A stretch of DNA of 64,000 nucleotides from a virus. Where the stretch lies: positions 28,948 through 92,947 of the IMG/VR virus record IMGVR_UViG_3300043256_000348; one strand, written 5' to 3'. The notes beneath the pieces were generated by a model that worked only from the letters and a program-made list of their open reading frames with translations, searched no databases and was not told where the DNA came from. A program made the translations under genes and the position numbers. Below, piece after piece: positions 1-9,976 of the stretch. The stretch's first letter is position 1; each line of letters begins with the position of its first letter.

Positions 1-2
1 TG

Positions 3-254
3 AGCACCAACGTAGGGATAGTGACAGCGTGGAAGCAGGCCCACGACCTGGAGCTGATCGCCAAGCCGTGCTGGAACGACAAGATGGCGAAGATCACACT
101 AGACGAGCTGGAGGCCAGAATCGTGTGGCTGCGGGACGACCCGGTGCGGCGGGAGAAGGTGAGCAACTGCCTACGAAACTCGGTGATCGAGAAGTACAAC
201 TGGGAGCGTCTTGCAGCCAAGTGGATCGGAGCGATGGTAGGGACGGCTAAATGA
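3..254 (+). CDS. Glycosyltransferase C-terminus (5'-truncated)
   Basis: Frame is open from the window edge (STNVGIV...) and ends 'EKYNWERLAAKW', typical of GT-B C-termini. Confidence 0.6.
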   Translation, partial: STNVGIVTAWKQAHDLELIAKPCWNDKMAKITLDELEARIVWLRDDPVRREKVSNCLRNSVIEKYNWERLAAKWIGAMVGTAK

Positions 255-778
255 ACCCGATAACCCAAAAAGCGTGGGATGTATTTCGAGCATCATTTCA
301 GGATGGCGAGAGCGTTGTGGCCGAAGACGATGTGGGCCGGTTCTTCTACGGTAAGTTGCAAGCCGAAGAGGAGGGTATAACGTTGGTACGGCCCAGCAAA
401 TCGACGTTTCTTGAGTGGGATGAAATCGAGTTTATCGCTCACGATGGATTTCCTGTACAGCCAATTATGGGTATGAGTGCTGAAGAGGCAGAACTCCGAG
501 CCAGCATGGAACCCACGGACATTGTAAGGGCAATGCTGGAGCAATCGATTGACAGGCCACGCGAACGGAAAGTAAAGACGAAGGCAGTGCATTTCGGCGG
601 CGGCTGCCCGTGGTTTGCCGGGCCGGTACGACTGTTAGCTATACATAACCGGCGAAACAGTGGCCCGAAGTTCTGGTGTTGGCCTTATGATTCATTAGGT
701 GAGGTGATGGTATTCGGCTCTGGTGATGGCGCGGTGATGCATAGTTACGACTCAGAACACCTTTTCCTGGAAGTATAA
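251..778 (+). CDS. Hypothetical protein
   Basis: 175 aa ORF abutting neighbouring genes. Confidence 0.6.
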   Translation: MNPITQKAWDVFRASFQDGESVVAEDDVGRFFYGKLQAEEEGITLVRPSKSTFLEWDEIEFIAHDGFPVQPIMGMSAEEAELRASMEPTDIVRAMLEQSIDRPRERKVKTKAVHFGGGCPWFAGPVRLLAIHNRRNSGPKFWCWPYDSLGEVMVFGSGDGAVMHSYDSEHLFLEV

Positions 779-781
779 CCA

Positions 782-1405
782 ATGAGTCTCGTAATCCCCG
801 ACGAATGCCGAGATTTGATGGCTCGGCAAGTTACACAGTACCCGGACGACCTGGACTCGCCGGAAAAACTGGCGCAGGCCGAGCGGGACCTGTACTATTG
901 CTGGCTGCCGGGGATGCCGAAGGCGGTACTCGACCTAGCGGGCGGACTCGGCCGGACGACGGTGTCGCTGCACAACTGGTACTGTTCGCCGCGAATCCAC
1001 TACCACTTGGTTGACGGCGACAAGGTGTGCGAGAATCTTGTCGGGGGCTGGGAGCCGGAGCAGCAAGAGTGGTGCAACGACTTCGGCCTGACATGGAAGT
1101 TCCTGCGGGCGAACGGCCTGAAGGCCGGGCAAGTGTTCACGCACGACCTGACCGGGCCGCACGACTGCTTTGCAGAGATCCCGCCGGTAGACCTAGTGAT
1201 TAGCACGCTTGCTGTCGGCTTCCACTGGCCGATCGAGCCGTGGCTGGAGCGGCTGCGGCCGGTGTGCCACGAAAACACGCGGCTGATCTTCGGCGTCCGC
1301 CACGGCAAGTACGGGCCTGAGAGCAGGTTCGATGGCTTTGAGTTCATGGGCTTCGCCGAGTCCGGATGGAAACAGGACTTCCTGGCGTTGAAGCTACGGC
1401 AATGA
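782..1405 (+). CDS. Class I SAM-dependent methyltransferase
   Basis: VLDLAGGLGR motif I; VDLVISTLAVGFHWP post-motif. Confidence 0.8.
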   Translation: MSLVIPDECRDLMARQVTQYPDDLDSPEKLAQAERDLYYCWLPGMPKAVLDLAGGLGRTTVSLHNWYCSPRIHYHLVDGDKVCENLVGGWEPEQQEWCNDFGLTWKFLRANGLKAGQVFTHDLTGPHDCFAEIPPVDLVISTLAVGFHWPIEPWLERLRPVCHENTRLIFGVRHGKYGPESRFDGFEFMGFAESGWKQDFLALKLRQ

Positions 1406-1758
1406 TTGCGATCCCAACGCAATTCGACGTGAAGAAAGACGACTGGTACGGGGAAAAACTCTTGCTACCGGATGGATCGCTCGTACTTTTACGTTTCCGC
1501 GGCTGGACTGTCGCAACTTCCTTTCCCGGCTGCCATTCATGCCTCGCATTGCAGTTGACCGGCCGGACCAACGCCTATCGCTACTGCGACGCAGGTGCCG
1601 AACACCTCCTATGTGTCAACGTGGCCCCCGGCGTCTGGCCCGCCCTGAAAATTAAATTCATAGAACGCAGCATGGGCTGGAATGCGTTCTGGACCTACGA
1701 TGGTTCGCCGTTTCGCGCTGAAGTATACGAGCGGATTGACTTCGGCCGCCTGCTATGA
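1402..1758 (+). CDS. Hypothetical protein
   Basis: ATGA coupling on both sides. Confidence 0.55.
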   Translation: MIAIPTQFDVKKDDWYGEKLLLPDGSLVLLRFRGWTVATSFPGCHSCLALQLTGRTNAYRYCDAGAEHLLCVNVAPGVWPALKIKFIERSMGWNAFWTYDGSPFRAEVYERIDFGRLL

Positions 1759-3002
1759 TATTTTTGTTTCATCCAAAGCCCTATCTGATCCAGCCCAACG
1801 CACAGGTGGGCCTCGGGCTGCTCTGCTTGGCGACCTACGCGAGGGAGCTTGGGGCCGAGGTCCGGGTGGTCAACGCGCAGGCGTGGACGATTGACCGGGC
1901 AGTGGAAGCGGTGCCGTCGGACGTGACTGTGTGCATGGGCGGCTGCCTGGTCGACCGGCCAATCATCGACGATCTCTCAGCGAAGCTGCGGGCGAAGGGA
2001 TGCTACGTCGTGGCCGGCGGGCCGGTGGCAGACGGCGAGGCCCTGGGGCCGAGGTGCGCGAGCCTGATCGTGCGGGGCGCAGGGGAGCCGTTCGTCCACC
2101 GGTACGTGCAGGAGGGCTGGCGGCCGAAGGGGCGGGTCAACTCACCCTACATCGTCGACTACGGGGCGTACCCGATCCCCGATCGTCGGCTGCTCGGCGG
2201 GCAGTTCGGCGGGAACATCTATCACCCGCGGTCGGGCAGGCAGACGCCGGTATCGACCACGCTCCTGACGGCGAGGGGCTGCCGGTACTCGTGCGCCTTC
2301 TGCCGGTCGGGCTCCCGCCGCGAGTTCTACGAGTACCCCCGGTCGCGGATTAGGGCCGAGCTGGAACAGATCGTGGAGCTTGGTATCCGCGACGTGCGGC
2401 TGGCGGACGACAACCTGGCATCCGGCCAGTCGAGATTCGCACGCCTGTGTGAGTTGCTGGGACAGCATGGCATCCACTGGCGGGCGAGCCTACGTACCTA
2501 TCCTAACGATGTGTCTCTGTACCGGACGATGGCCGAGAGCGGCTGCATAGAGGTGAGCCTCGGCGTCGAGAGCGCTGACCCCGCCGTGCTGAGGACGCTC
2601 CGGAAGGGCAGCCGCGTGGAATCGAACGAGCGGGCCGTGGCGAATGCTGTGGCCAGCGGAATCCCGCACGTCCGGGCCCTGATGATGATGAGCACGCCAG
2701 GGGAGACGGCCGAGACCCTCGACCTGAACAAGCGGTGGGCGGAAGCCCATCCCGAGGTGACGATCTGCCTAAGCGCCTTCGTGCCGTTCCCAGGCACGGC
2801 GATATTCCAATCGCCGGAGCGGTTCGGCTGCCGACTGGAAATGGACCTGGACAACCTGAACTTCTTCGCATTCCAGGGCGACGGGGCTTTGCCAGGGGCT
2901 CATGTGGGTATAATAAATGGTATGAGCCGTGATGAGCTGACGCGGCAGTTGCGGGCTTTCCGGGGATTTCTCGAAGAGCGGGGACAGATCAATGAAGGAT
3001 AA
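1755..3002 (+). CDS. Cobalamin-binding radical SAM protein
   Basis: GLGLLCLA...VVAGGP B12-binding N-domain; RGCRYSCAFC (CxxxCxxC); DDNL, GVES, PFPGT motifs. Confidence 0.9.
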   Translation: MIFLFHPKPYLIQPNAQVGLGLLCLATYARELGAEVRVVNAQAWTIDRAVEAVPSDVTVCMGGCLVDRPIIDDLSAKLRAKGCYVVAGGPVADGEALGPRCASLIVRGAGEPFVHRYVQEGWRPKGRVNSPYIVDYGAYPIPDRRLLGGQFGGNIYHPRSGRQTPVSTTLLTARGCRYSCAFCRSGSRREFYEYPRSRIRAELEQIVELGIRDVRLADDNLASGQSRFARLCELLGQHGIHWRASLRTYPNDVSLYRTMAESGCIEVSLGVESADPAVLRTLRKGSRVESNERAVANAVASGIPHVRALMMMSTPGETAETLDLNKRWAEAHPEVTICLSAFVPFPGTAIFQSPERFGCRLEMDLDNLNFFAFQGDGALPGAHVGIINGMSRDELTRQLRAFRGFLEERGQINEG

Positions 3003-3246
3003 CAGCGAGCAGCCGCCAGATCCTCTTGTGGACCGATTGGCTTGTGCCCTGAAACGTGAATTGAATGTGTGGACTGAAACCGACAGCCGTATCCTTGAGG
3101 TGACCAAGGGAACGTGGCTACGGGCTCGCGTCGAATGCCGATTGGCATTGGAAGACTTGCGGACGGCAATTCGCAACGAATATCAACGCACTGCTATCGT
3201 CCTGGGTAAATGGCTTCTGGCTTTGTGGCGACGAAAGAAACCGTGA
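2992..3246 (+). CDS. Hypothetical protein, paralog of 28604..28822
   Basis: Shared ALKREL.VW...TKGT..RARVE.RLA..DL...RNE.Q...GKW. Confidence 0.7.
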   Translation: MKDNSEQPPDPLVDRLACALKRELNVWTETDSRILEVTKGTWLRARVECRLALEDLRTAIRNEYQRTAIVLGKWLLALWRRKKP

Positions 3247-3280
3247 ATCCAGGCGTTCCTTGAAGAGAGAGGACAGATCA

Positions 3281-4012
3281 ATGTCGGATAGGGAGCCGAA
3301 GTTTCAGGTTGGGGACCTTGTGCGTCACCGGGCGAGCGGTACGCCGGTCGTGATCAGTCAGGTGCATACCGGATGCAAACTACATGGCTCCGGTACCGCC
3401 TCTTGTAGCGTAAACTGCGGGTCAGGCGCGTTCATTGGCTCCTATACGCTCCATAGGGAATTCGGTGATTCATTTTCGTGTGACGAACTGCTCTTAGAAT
3501 TAGCAGAGATAGACTCGCCGGAACCGTCCCCTAAACCAGAACCACCCAAGATAGAGGTTCTCAGGGAAGACCAGACGAGAGTGGAGGAGGCGGGCCCGCG
3601 TCAACACCTTCTTTCTGCGGACGATTGCCAGAGAATCCTAAATGAAGTCACCTGCACTATCGTGAGGCACGCCATTTCGGTAGAGCAGTTATTGCCATGG
3701 ATAAGACTGGCAGGAAACATGCAGGACAGAGGCATACACGCCCGTACTGCCAGCGGACTGTTAAACAACGTGATTTCCGGAAGCCCACGCCATCGGGCCA
3801 GGGAGATTAAGAGCGAGTATCCTAAACCGGAGCCGCCGGAGAATGATGTTCTCAGAGAGGACCAAACAAAGGTGGCGAAACCGGAACCCCCTCCCAACCG
3901 CGACACGACACAAGGTAAGGTGCCGGAGCCTCCGCCGAACCGCGAAACACGCGAGGGCGATGTGCCGCCACCGGCAGATTTCGACCCTTACAGAATCCCG
4001 AAAGGGAAATGA
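3281..4012 (+). CDS. Hypothetical protein with PEPP repeats
   Basis: N-terminal KFQVGDLV motif; repeated PEPP..(V)LREDQT-like units. Confidence 0.6.
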   Translation: MSDREPKFQVGDLVRHRASGTPVVISQVHTGCKLHGSGTASCSVNCGSGAFIGSYTLHREFGDSFSCDELLLELAEIDSPEPSPKPEPPKIEVLREDQTRVEEAGPRQHLLSADDCQRILNEVTCTIVRHAISVEQLLPWIRLAGNMQDRGIHARTASGLLNNVISGSPRHRAREIKSEYPKPEPPENDVLREDQTKVAKPEPPPNRDTTQGKVPEPPPNRETREGDVPPPADFDPYRIPKGK

Positions 4013-4036
4013 TGCACGAGACATAAGGAATCCAAG

Positions 4037-4300
4037 ATGACTCCCAAGCAAGTACACAACGAACTTGAGCTTATGCGCGGCGTTCGCAGTGAAGCCATCA
4101 CAATCTGCGGCGTTGACGCTACCTTATTGCCCAAAGAAACTTTAATCCTGGCCTTGCAGGTCCAGGAAGACTCGCACAGGCAGCGACTTGATATGATGAA
4201 GAAATCGGCCGGGGTAGGCGGCATGTTGCACGCCGCCGCCCAGTTCGCTAAAGACGGGAGGTTGCTTGATGCACGAGAACTGCAAGCTGATCTTCCTTGA
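4037..4300 (+). CDS. Hypothetical protein
   Basis: AAGGA SD, 87 aa ORF. Confidence 0.55.
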   Translation: MTPKQVHNELELMRGVRSEAITICGVDATLLPKETLILALQVQEDSHRQRLDMMKKSAGVGGMLHAAAQFAKDGRLLDARELQADLP

Positions 4301-4405
4301 CCGCTGCCTCGGCTGTTTCCTGCCGGGGATGTTTATGCTTGCCCCCGGCGACTGGCGGGGACCGGACACGGTGCATGTTGACTCCCTGCTGATTGCGAGG
4401 AAGCC

Positions 4406-4879
4406 ATGAGATTCGTCTTCGGTTGGTTGTCATGCCTGCTCGGTCTGCACCGGAAGGTCTACTGGTCGCCGGAAGACTGTGAACGTGAGCGAGCCATGGG
4501 CGGCATGTGTACGCCCTGGTCATGTTCACGTTGCGGCCACCAATCACAGATATTCCGTTATCCTCTGTGCCCGCCTCGGCCTGGACGGGAAGCCATGAGT
4601 GATTCAGTCGGTGACCGGATCGTTGAGGGGCTGCAAGACTTCACCGAAACTCTGAAGTGCTACAGAGGAGAATCGCTGGAGAAATTGTATTCCATTATCG
4701 CCATCCACCCATTGGCCGTCGGCATTCATACATATCCGCATGCCGACAAGAACAACCAACGTATCCACGCAGGTTGCGAAGAGCTTGAGCGGCAGGGCAG
4801 GATCTACCGCAAGACTGACGAGCCGAATCACTGCTTCTGGCTGCCGACAAAACAAGAGGACACTACCGATGGCGACTGA
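4406..4879 (+). CDS. Hypothetical protein (Cys-rich N-terminus)
   Basis: ORF with CLLGLH...CSRCG; overlaps the next gene start. Confidence 0.5.
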   Translation: MRFVFGWLSCLLGLHRKVYWSPEDCERERAMGGMCTPWSCSRCGHQSQIFRYPLCPPRPGREAMSDSVGDRIVEGLQDFTETLKCYRGESLEKLYSIIAIHPLAVGIHTYPHADKNNQRIHAGCEELERQGRIYRKTDEPNHCFWLPTKQEDTTDGD

Positions 4880-5831
4880 CATCCGACTCGCCTTCGTGTT
4901 CAACCCCGACAACCCGTACCTCTGCGGCAAGCGATACCAGGTGAACTTCCGCAAGTGGTTCCTGGAGGCGCTGCCACGTGCCGAGGGTCTGCGGGTGGAC
5001 TTCATCACCAACGCCCAGCGGCTGGACTTGCAGCCCGTGTCCAAGCTGTACGACGCCTGGCTCTTCTTCGACGCGATGGAGTGGGGCCTGCCGCCTGTGC
5101 TCACCGGGGTCGATAAGATCAAGGCCGTGAAGGTCTGCCACATCGGGGACGCGCACGGCGTCAACAAGCTATCGAAGGCGTTCGGCGGCACGAAGCTGGA
5201 CTGCTGCCAGCGGTTCGGCTTCGACTACTACTTCTTCCAGCACTCGCCGAGCTACTTTTACCGGCACTACCCGGCCGACTTCCGCTACTGGTGGATTCCG
5301 ATGGGGGTGGACGCGGAGCTGTACCGCGAGGTCAAGCCGTGGAGCGAGCGGCGGTTCGATAAGGTGCTGCTGACCGGCTGCCTTGGGTCGGAGTATTATC
5401 CACTGCGAACGCGGCTCGCCGATCACCCAATGGTCCGCTATGAGAAGCCCGGATCGTACAGCGGGTGGGACAGCTACGCACCGGGCAAGTGGGACGAGGA
5501 TCGGTACAAGCTGCTGCTGGAAGAGTGGGGGGCATCGATCGCGTCCGGCTATTCCGTGGTGAATAAGTATTTCGAGATACCGGCTGCGGGGTGTTTGACG
5601 TTCGCGCACATCGACGGGGACAACGGATGCGGCGTGATAGAATTCGATCCGGACGAAGTGGTGCTGGTCAACAACGCGACGGCCGACGCGAAGATTGCTG
5701 AGTTCTTGGAGAGGCCGGCTGATCCGAAGTGGAACGTCCGGGCCGCCCTCGGCCGAAACTACGTGATGGAAAACTTTTGCCACGACAAGACCGTGCAGAT
5801 GCTTGTCGAGAAACTGAGGGAGGCGTTATGA
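4869..5831 (+). CDS. Glycosyltransferase (CgeB / Glyco_trans_1_2-like)
   Basis: WIPMGVD..LY, LLTG...YPLR, KYFEIPAAG, GRNYVMENFCHD. Confidence 0.8.
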   Translation: MATDIRLAFVFNPDNPYLCGKRYQVNFRKWFLEALPRAEGLRVDFITNAQRLDLQPVSKLYDAWLFFDAMEWGLPPVLTGVDKIKAVKVCHIGDAHGVNKLSKAFGGTKLDCCQRFGFDYYFFQHSPSYFYRHYPADFRYWWIPMGVDAELYREVKPWSERRFDKVLLTGCLGSEYYPLRTRLADHPMVRYEKPGSYSGWDSYAPGKWDEDRYKLLLEEWGASIASGYSVVNKYFEIPAAGCLTFAHIDGDNGCGVIEFDPDEVVLVNNATADAKIAEFLERPADPKWNVRAALGRNYVMENFCHDKTVQMLVEKLREAL

Positions 5832-6844
5832 GAATCCTAGTCTTGTGCCCACAACCGCTTTGGGGCAGCCGATTATCCGCCAGTCGCCGGCACGACGTGA
5901 AGGCCCTGGAGCGACGGCCCGACGTGACGCTGAAGATGTCCGGCTACGGCTGGCCGGACTGGCAACAAAACGACACTGCCCTGGCGAACGTGCGGCGGAT
6001 CATGCGCGACGCGGACTGCGTGTACACCTATAAAATCGGAGGCAACCCCCGCAAGGGAGTGCCGGCGGCGAACGATCCCGGCAGTATAGCGGACGGCTAC
6101 CTCGTTGTCCAGAAATGGCAGGAAATGTGGTGGACCGGCACGGGGCCGAACGATCCGGAGCCGGCGTGGAAGCAGGCTGTCGCCGAGCGTGTCGGCTTGG
6201 CGATTCTATCCCACGCGAACGACGTGCCCCGGATGATGGAGGCTGCCAAGCGGGGCGTGCAGGTCGCGGTGATCCCCCACGCCGCCGAGCCCCAGGTGTT
6301 CGCCCAAGCAGCACAGGAATGGCCCGGCCGCAAGATCGACGTGCTGTTGACGGGGAGCATCGGCGAGAACCACTACCCCCTGCGGGGCCGCTGGCAGAAG
6401 CTCATGCAGGACGGCAGGCTGCCGGGGGCGTGCTACCAGCATCCGCACCCGGGCTACTGGTTCAACGGCGAGCAGCAGGCCGAGGCCCGGGTCCGCGACT
6501 ACGCACAGAACCTCGGCAAGTCGAAGATCGTGCTGGGCTGCACGAGCCGCCACAGGTATGAACTGGCCCGCTTCCCGGAGGCCGCGATGGCGGGGGCCAT
6601 CCACGTCTCGGACATGCCGGAGATTCCGCTGAAGGGATACGAGGATTTCATCGTGCCGGTCGAGGCTGACTGGTCGGACGAGCGACTGATCCAGACGGTG
6701 GCCGACCTTCTGGCGGACAAGCAAAAACTGAGCGTGATGAGCGAGCGGGCGCAGGCCACTGCCCGGCAGTCGTTCACTTGGGAAAAGTGGGCTGATCGAT
6801 TCGTGGACGCGGTGAAGCGAACACTAGGAGGACCCAATGGCTAA
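5828..6844 (+). CDS. Glycosyltransferase (CgeB / Glyco_trans_1_2-like)
   Basis: IPHAAEP..F, IDVLLTG...YPLR, SKIVL, RFPEAAMAG, FTWEKWADRF. Confidence 0.8.
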   Translation: MRILVLCPQPLWGSRLSASRRHDVKALERRPDVTLKMSGYGWPDWQQNDTALANVRRIMRDADCVYTYKIGGNPRKGVPAANDPGSIADGYLVVQKWQEMWWTGTGPNDPEPAWKQAVAERVGLAILSHANDVPRMMEAAKRGVQVAVIPHAAEPQVFAQAAQEWPGRKIDVLLTGSIGENHYPLRGRWQKLMQDGRLPGACYQHPHPGYWFNGEQQAEARVRDYAQNLGKSKIVLGCTSRHRYELARFPEAAMAGAIHVSDMPEIPLKGYEDFIVPVEADWSDERLIQTVADLLADKQKLSVMSERAQATARQSFTWEKWADRFVDAVKRTLGGPNG

Positions 6845-7196
6845 CCAGCTTAAAGACTGGAAAGACGACTACGATTGGAAGAATGCGTTTTCCATGGCCG
6901 TCGATGGGATAGAGTGCCCTTATGACGTTCGTGGTCCGATCGAAAACGTCCGGCGGGTTATTGCCTGTGATGAGGGGGAAAACGACGGCGCTGAGTGGAT
7001 TGCTGTTGTAGAATGGAGCGATGGCAAATTCGCCGTGATGGCCGCTGGCTGCGACTACACGGGATGGGACTGCCAGGCCGGGGGAACTATCGAGTTCTAC
7101 GATAGCGAGGAAGTCGCGTTGGTCGAACTAACGCCCGAACAAGCTGCTCGCTTAGGCGTGCCCCACGATGCCAATAAAGGAGGACCCGATGCCTGA
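6837..7196 (+). CDS. Hypothetical phage protein
   Basis: GGAGG SD; GENDG..W...AGCDYTGWDCQAGG motif. Confidence 0.65.
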   Translation: MANQLKDWKDDYDWKNAFSMAVDGIECPYDVRGPIENVRRVIACDEGENDGAEWIAVVEWSDGKFAVMAAGCDYTGWDCQAGGTIEFYDSEEVALVELTPEQAARLGVPHDANKGGPDA

Positions 7197-7596
7197 CCAA
7201 CTGCAAGCCGGCTCGGAGCTTGTGGCGCGCGTCGCGGTAGAGGTCATGGGCTATGAGTGGTGCCCACCTTACACGCCTCGCATCGGCGGGCAGAATCCGC
7301 CGTATCATCCTGGCGGTGCATGGAAGCTACCAGACGGGTCATATCGAATCAGCTTTCGGCCGGACCTGTACTGGTCGGCTGCGGGGGAAGTGCTGGAGAA
7401 ATTACGAGAGATGTGGACCGAGGCGACCAACGGCGCGAGTGGTTTTGATGACGACTTTCCAAAACCCTTCGATGATGGTGCGTTCTTCAATTCGCTGCAT
7501 CGGCACGCGGATCGGCGATGGCCGTGGGCGTTCTTGTACGCGACGCCCCTGGCAATCTGCCGGGCGGCCCTGGCTGCCGTGGAGGCAAAGCAATGA
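7189..7596 (+). CDS. Hypothetical (phage ABA-sandwich-like)
   Basis: VAVEVMG...AAGEVLEKL...TPLAICRAAL. Confidence 0.6.
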   Translation: MPDQLQAGSELVARVAVEVMGYEWCPPYTPRIGGQNPPYHPGGAWKLPDGSYRISFRPDLYWSAAGEVLEKLREMWTEATNGASGFDDDFPKPFDDGAFFNSLHRHADRRWPWAFLYATPLAICRAALAAVEAKQ

Positions 7597-8543
7597 GAAT
7601 CCTCTACCTCAGCAGCCAGCGATGGTATGAGCAGAAGATGGACCGCACTCGCGTTCTGAATGTCGAGGCCGTACGCAGGCAGCCGAGCGTCAACCTGCAC
7701 ATCTGGGGCAACGGCTGGCCAGATTACGTCGAGGGCGAACTACTGGAGCAAAACATCCGCCGCAGGGGCATTGAGTATCCCGACCTTGTGTGGTGCTTCA
7801 AGGCGAACGAGCACAAAGGCGTGGCTGAGTTCCCACGGCCGAAAGCCATCGAGCTAAACGACTGCTACGACGCCAAGATTGCTGACGAGGTACGGGCTGC
7901 CGCCCCGTCGCTTGTCGTCTACCACCACGAGAACGACTGGCAATCGGAGAACATGAGGGACGGAGCCCGACCGGGGTGTGATTTCATCCACGTTCCGCAC
8001 TGCGCAGACAAGGCCGTTTTCTACCGCGAGGGCGACTGGGACCGGCCGATCGACTGCCTCTTCGCCGGCGCGCTTCACGAGACGATCTACCCGCTCCGCT
8101 CGCGGTACGTGCAGCTCATCAAGGGCGGCGCGATTCCAGGCGAGGTCCGCCGCTTCCCAGGACACCGGACGCGAACTGCCGGTGAGGGGGAGGCCCAGCA
8201 CCACAGTTTCTCGAACCACCTGCGGCGGTCGAAGGTGGCCCTCTGCTGCTCCTCGACTTACAAGTACGCCCTAAGCAAGTACGTCGAGGCCATCGCGGCT
8301 GGATGCGTGGTGGTGGGCGATATGCCAGACGACCAGTTGTTCCGGGACACGCTAGGGCGGGCACTCGTTGAGGTGAACAACAGCATGGCAGACGACCAGA
8401 TCATGCGAATCGTGAAGGAAACACTGGCCGATCCGGCCGAGCTAGAACGGCGACGGGAGTTCGGATACGCCGAGTACCTAGCCGCCTACACTACGGAGCA
8501 CTGGGCTCGCCGGTTTCTGGAGGCTGCCAGTCGAGTCGTTTGA
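7593..8543 (+). CDS. Glycosyltransferase (CgeB / Glyco_trans_1_2-like)
   Basis: VPHCADKAVF, IDCLFAG...YPLR, SKVAL, KYVEAIAAG. Confidence 0.8.
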   Translation: MRILYLSSQRWYEQKMDRTRVLNVEAVRRQPSVNLHIWGNGWPDYVEGELLEQNIRRRGIEYPDLVWCFKANEHKGVAEFPRPKAIELNDCYDAKIADEVRAAAPSLVVYHHENDWQSENMRDGARPGCDFIHVPHCADKAVFYREGDWDRPIDCLFAGALHETIYPLRSRYVQLIKGGAIPGEVRRFPGHRTRTAGEGEAQHHSFSNHLRRSKVALCCSSTYKYALSKYVEAIAAGCVVVGDMPDDQLFRDTLGRALVEVNNSMADDQIMRIVKETLADPAELERRREFGYAEYLAAYTTEHWARRFLEAASRVV

Positions 8544-8766
8544 TGTGCTCGACCATCTTCGGCTCCCGCTTTACTATCGCGAGAACCTCCGGCCGGCTGA
8601 AGTGCCGCCCCATGATCCATAGCGGCTCGTCAACCAGCTCCTGCAATTCAGAGTCAGGCATTTCTGTCTTGAGAGTGCCGCACCGGGGGCACCAGAATAC
8701 GCGGCGTGCGTCCCCGGTCGGCACGCCGACGTTCTGTAAAGTATGGTCGCAAATCGAACAGGCCAT
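8491..8766 (-). CDS. Small zinc-ribbon protein
   Basis: CSIC...WCPRCG; AAGGAG SD. Confidence 0.55.
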   Translation of the reverse strand: MACSICDHTLQNVGVPTGDARRVFWCPRCGTLKTEMPDSELQELVDEPLWIMGRHFSRPEVLAIVKREPKMVEHIKRLDWQPPETGEPSAP

Positions 8767-9008
8767 GTCATTTCTCCTTCGCCTTGGTGGCTTGCTGATC
8801 TTTCCACGCGGCGGTCCGCTCAACACACTCGTCGCAGTAGTATCGCTGGAAGCATCCCCGGCTCTGGAGCCAGTGCGCAACGGCGGTCTTGCACCGGCTG
8901 CACATCGCAGTGCGGTGCTCGTAGCCGCGTCCGTAGCCCCCCCTGCTGAATGTCCGCACCAAAGGCCGGGCGAAGCGCTTCACAGGATTTGTTACTACGA
9001 GGGCCACG

Positions 9009-9476
9009 TCACTCCTCCGCCTTGACTGTTTCACTAGCTCGCCAGTCGCCGGGAGGGCGGTAGTCACGGACTTCGTCTGCGGTTAGTCCGCCATCCCTGG
9101 ACAATGCCGCGTCCAGTAGCTTCCACTCGTCATTGCCCATTTCTCCCTTCCATGAGTCCCACCAGCGAAACCACTTCCAGTAGTCCGGGCTCGCTCCACC
9201 CTTGTCGTCAATCGGTTCTTCCACCCCGAACCGCACGCATTGACGTACGGCTTGGTGCTGTTGCTCACGGGCCGTAACGATGGAGCTGTCTATGCCCGCG
9301 TGGTGCTCGGCGGGGATACGACCGTCCCCCATGTCGTGGTTCATTCGCCAGATGAATCCACCGATATAGTCAATCATCATGTAGAGTTCAATCTCCGGTC
9401 CGTTCATGATCTTCTCAGTAAAGTCGGGTTCCTTGAACATCGCAACCGCCTTTCTGTTTAGTTCAGGCCACTTCAC
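9009..9476 (-). CDS. Hypothetical protein
   Basis: Coupled 155 aa ORF in the minus-strand operon. Confidence 0.6.
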   Translation of the reverse strand: MKWPELNRKAVAMFKEPDFTEKIMNGPEIELYMMIDYIGGFIWRMNHDMGDGRIPAEHHAGIDSSIVTAREQQHQAVRQCVRFGVEEPIDDKGGASPDYWKWFRWWDSWKGEMGNDEWKLLDAALSRDGGLTADEVRDYRPPGDWRASETVKAEE

Positions 9477-9976
9477 TCTTCACTCAGCATGATCGCCCGG
9501 GTGGCCTTCTCGACGGCGCCGGACACCTGCGCCCCTAGTTGCTCCGTTGACACCACGCCTACGCGGAGCATGCCCTTGATCGCCCCCTTGCGGGGCACCG
9601 GCTTGGCGGGGCTTACCGCTGCGATCGCCATCTCGGCCTGGGCGTTGTACTTCTGGTCGACCTCCGGGACCGTGCCCGACGCCGTGTCCGCGCACGCCCG
9701 CAATTTGGCGAGTACCTGGGGCTTCTTCACTTCGTCGATCAGGTCCAGGGACAGCAGCCATGCGAGCAGGGCCTTGGCGGTCGGCGTCTGCCGCCGCGCG
9801 CTCTGGCCGTCTTCGCCGACGTCCACGGTGCCCTGCACCCGCAGCAGCAGGTCCACCGGCTGGCTGCTGCCCGGCTCCAGCCCGTCGCGTGCTAGGTCCG
9901 CGTGCCGCCCCAGCACCTTGACCGCCTGCCACTCGACGGGCGTGAGCTTACACTTGTTCTCTTCAATCACTGGCAT
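9473..9976 (-). CDS. Hypothetical protein
   Basis: GGAGG SD, coupled to recT. Confidence 0.6.
   Translation of the reverse strand: MPVIEENKCKLTPVEWQAVKVLGRHADLARDGLEPGSSQPVDLLLRVQGTVDVGEDGQSARRQTPTAKALLAWLLSLDLIDEVKKPQVLAKLRACADTASGTVPEVDQKYNAQAEMAIAAVSPAKPVPRKGAIKGMLRVGVVSTEQLGAQVSGAVEKATRAIMLSEE

Noticed and set aside
4301-4405. Structured ncRNA in a short intergenic gap
   Set aside because: Only short GC hairpins, expected by chance at this GC content.
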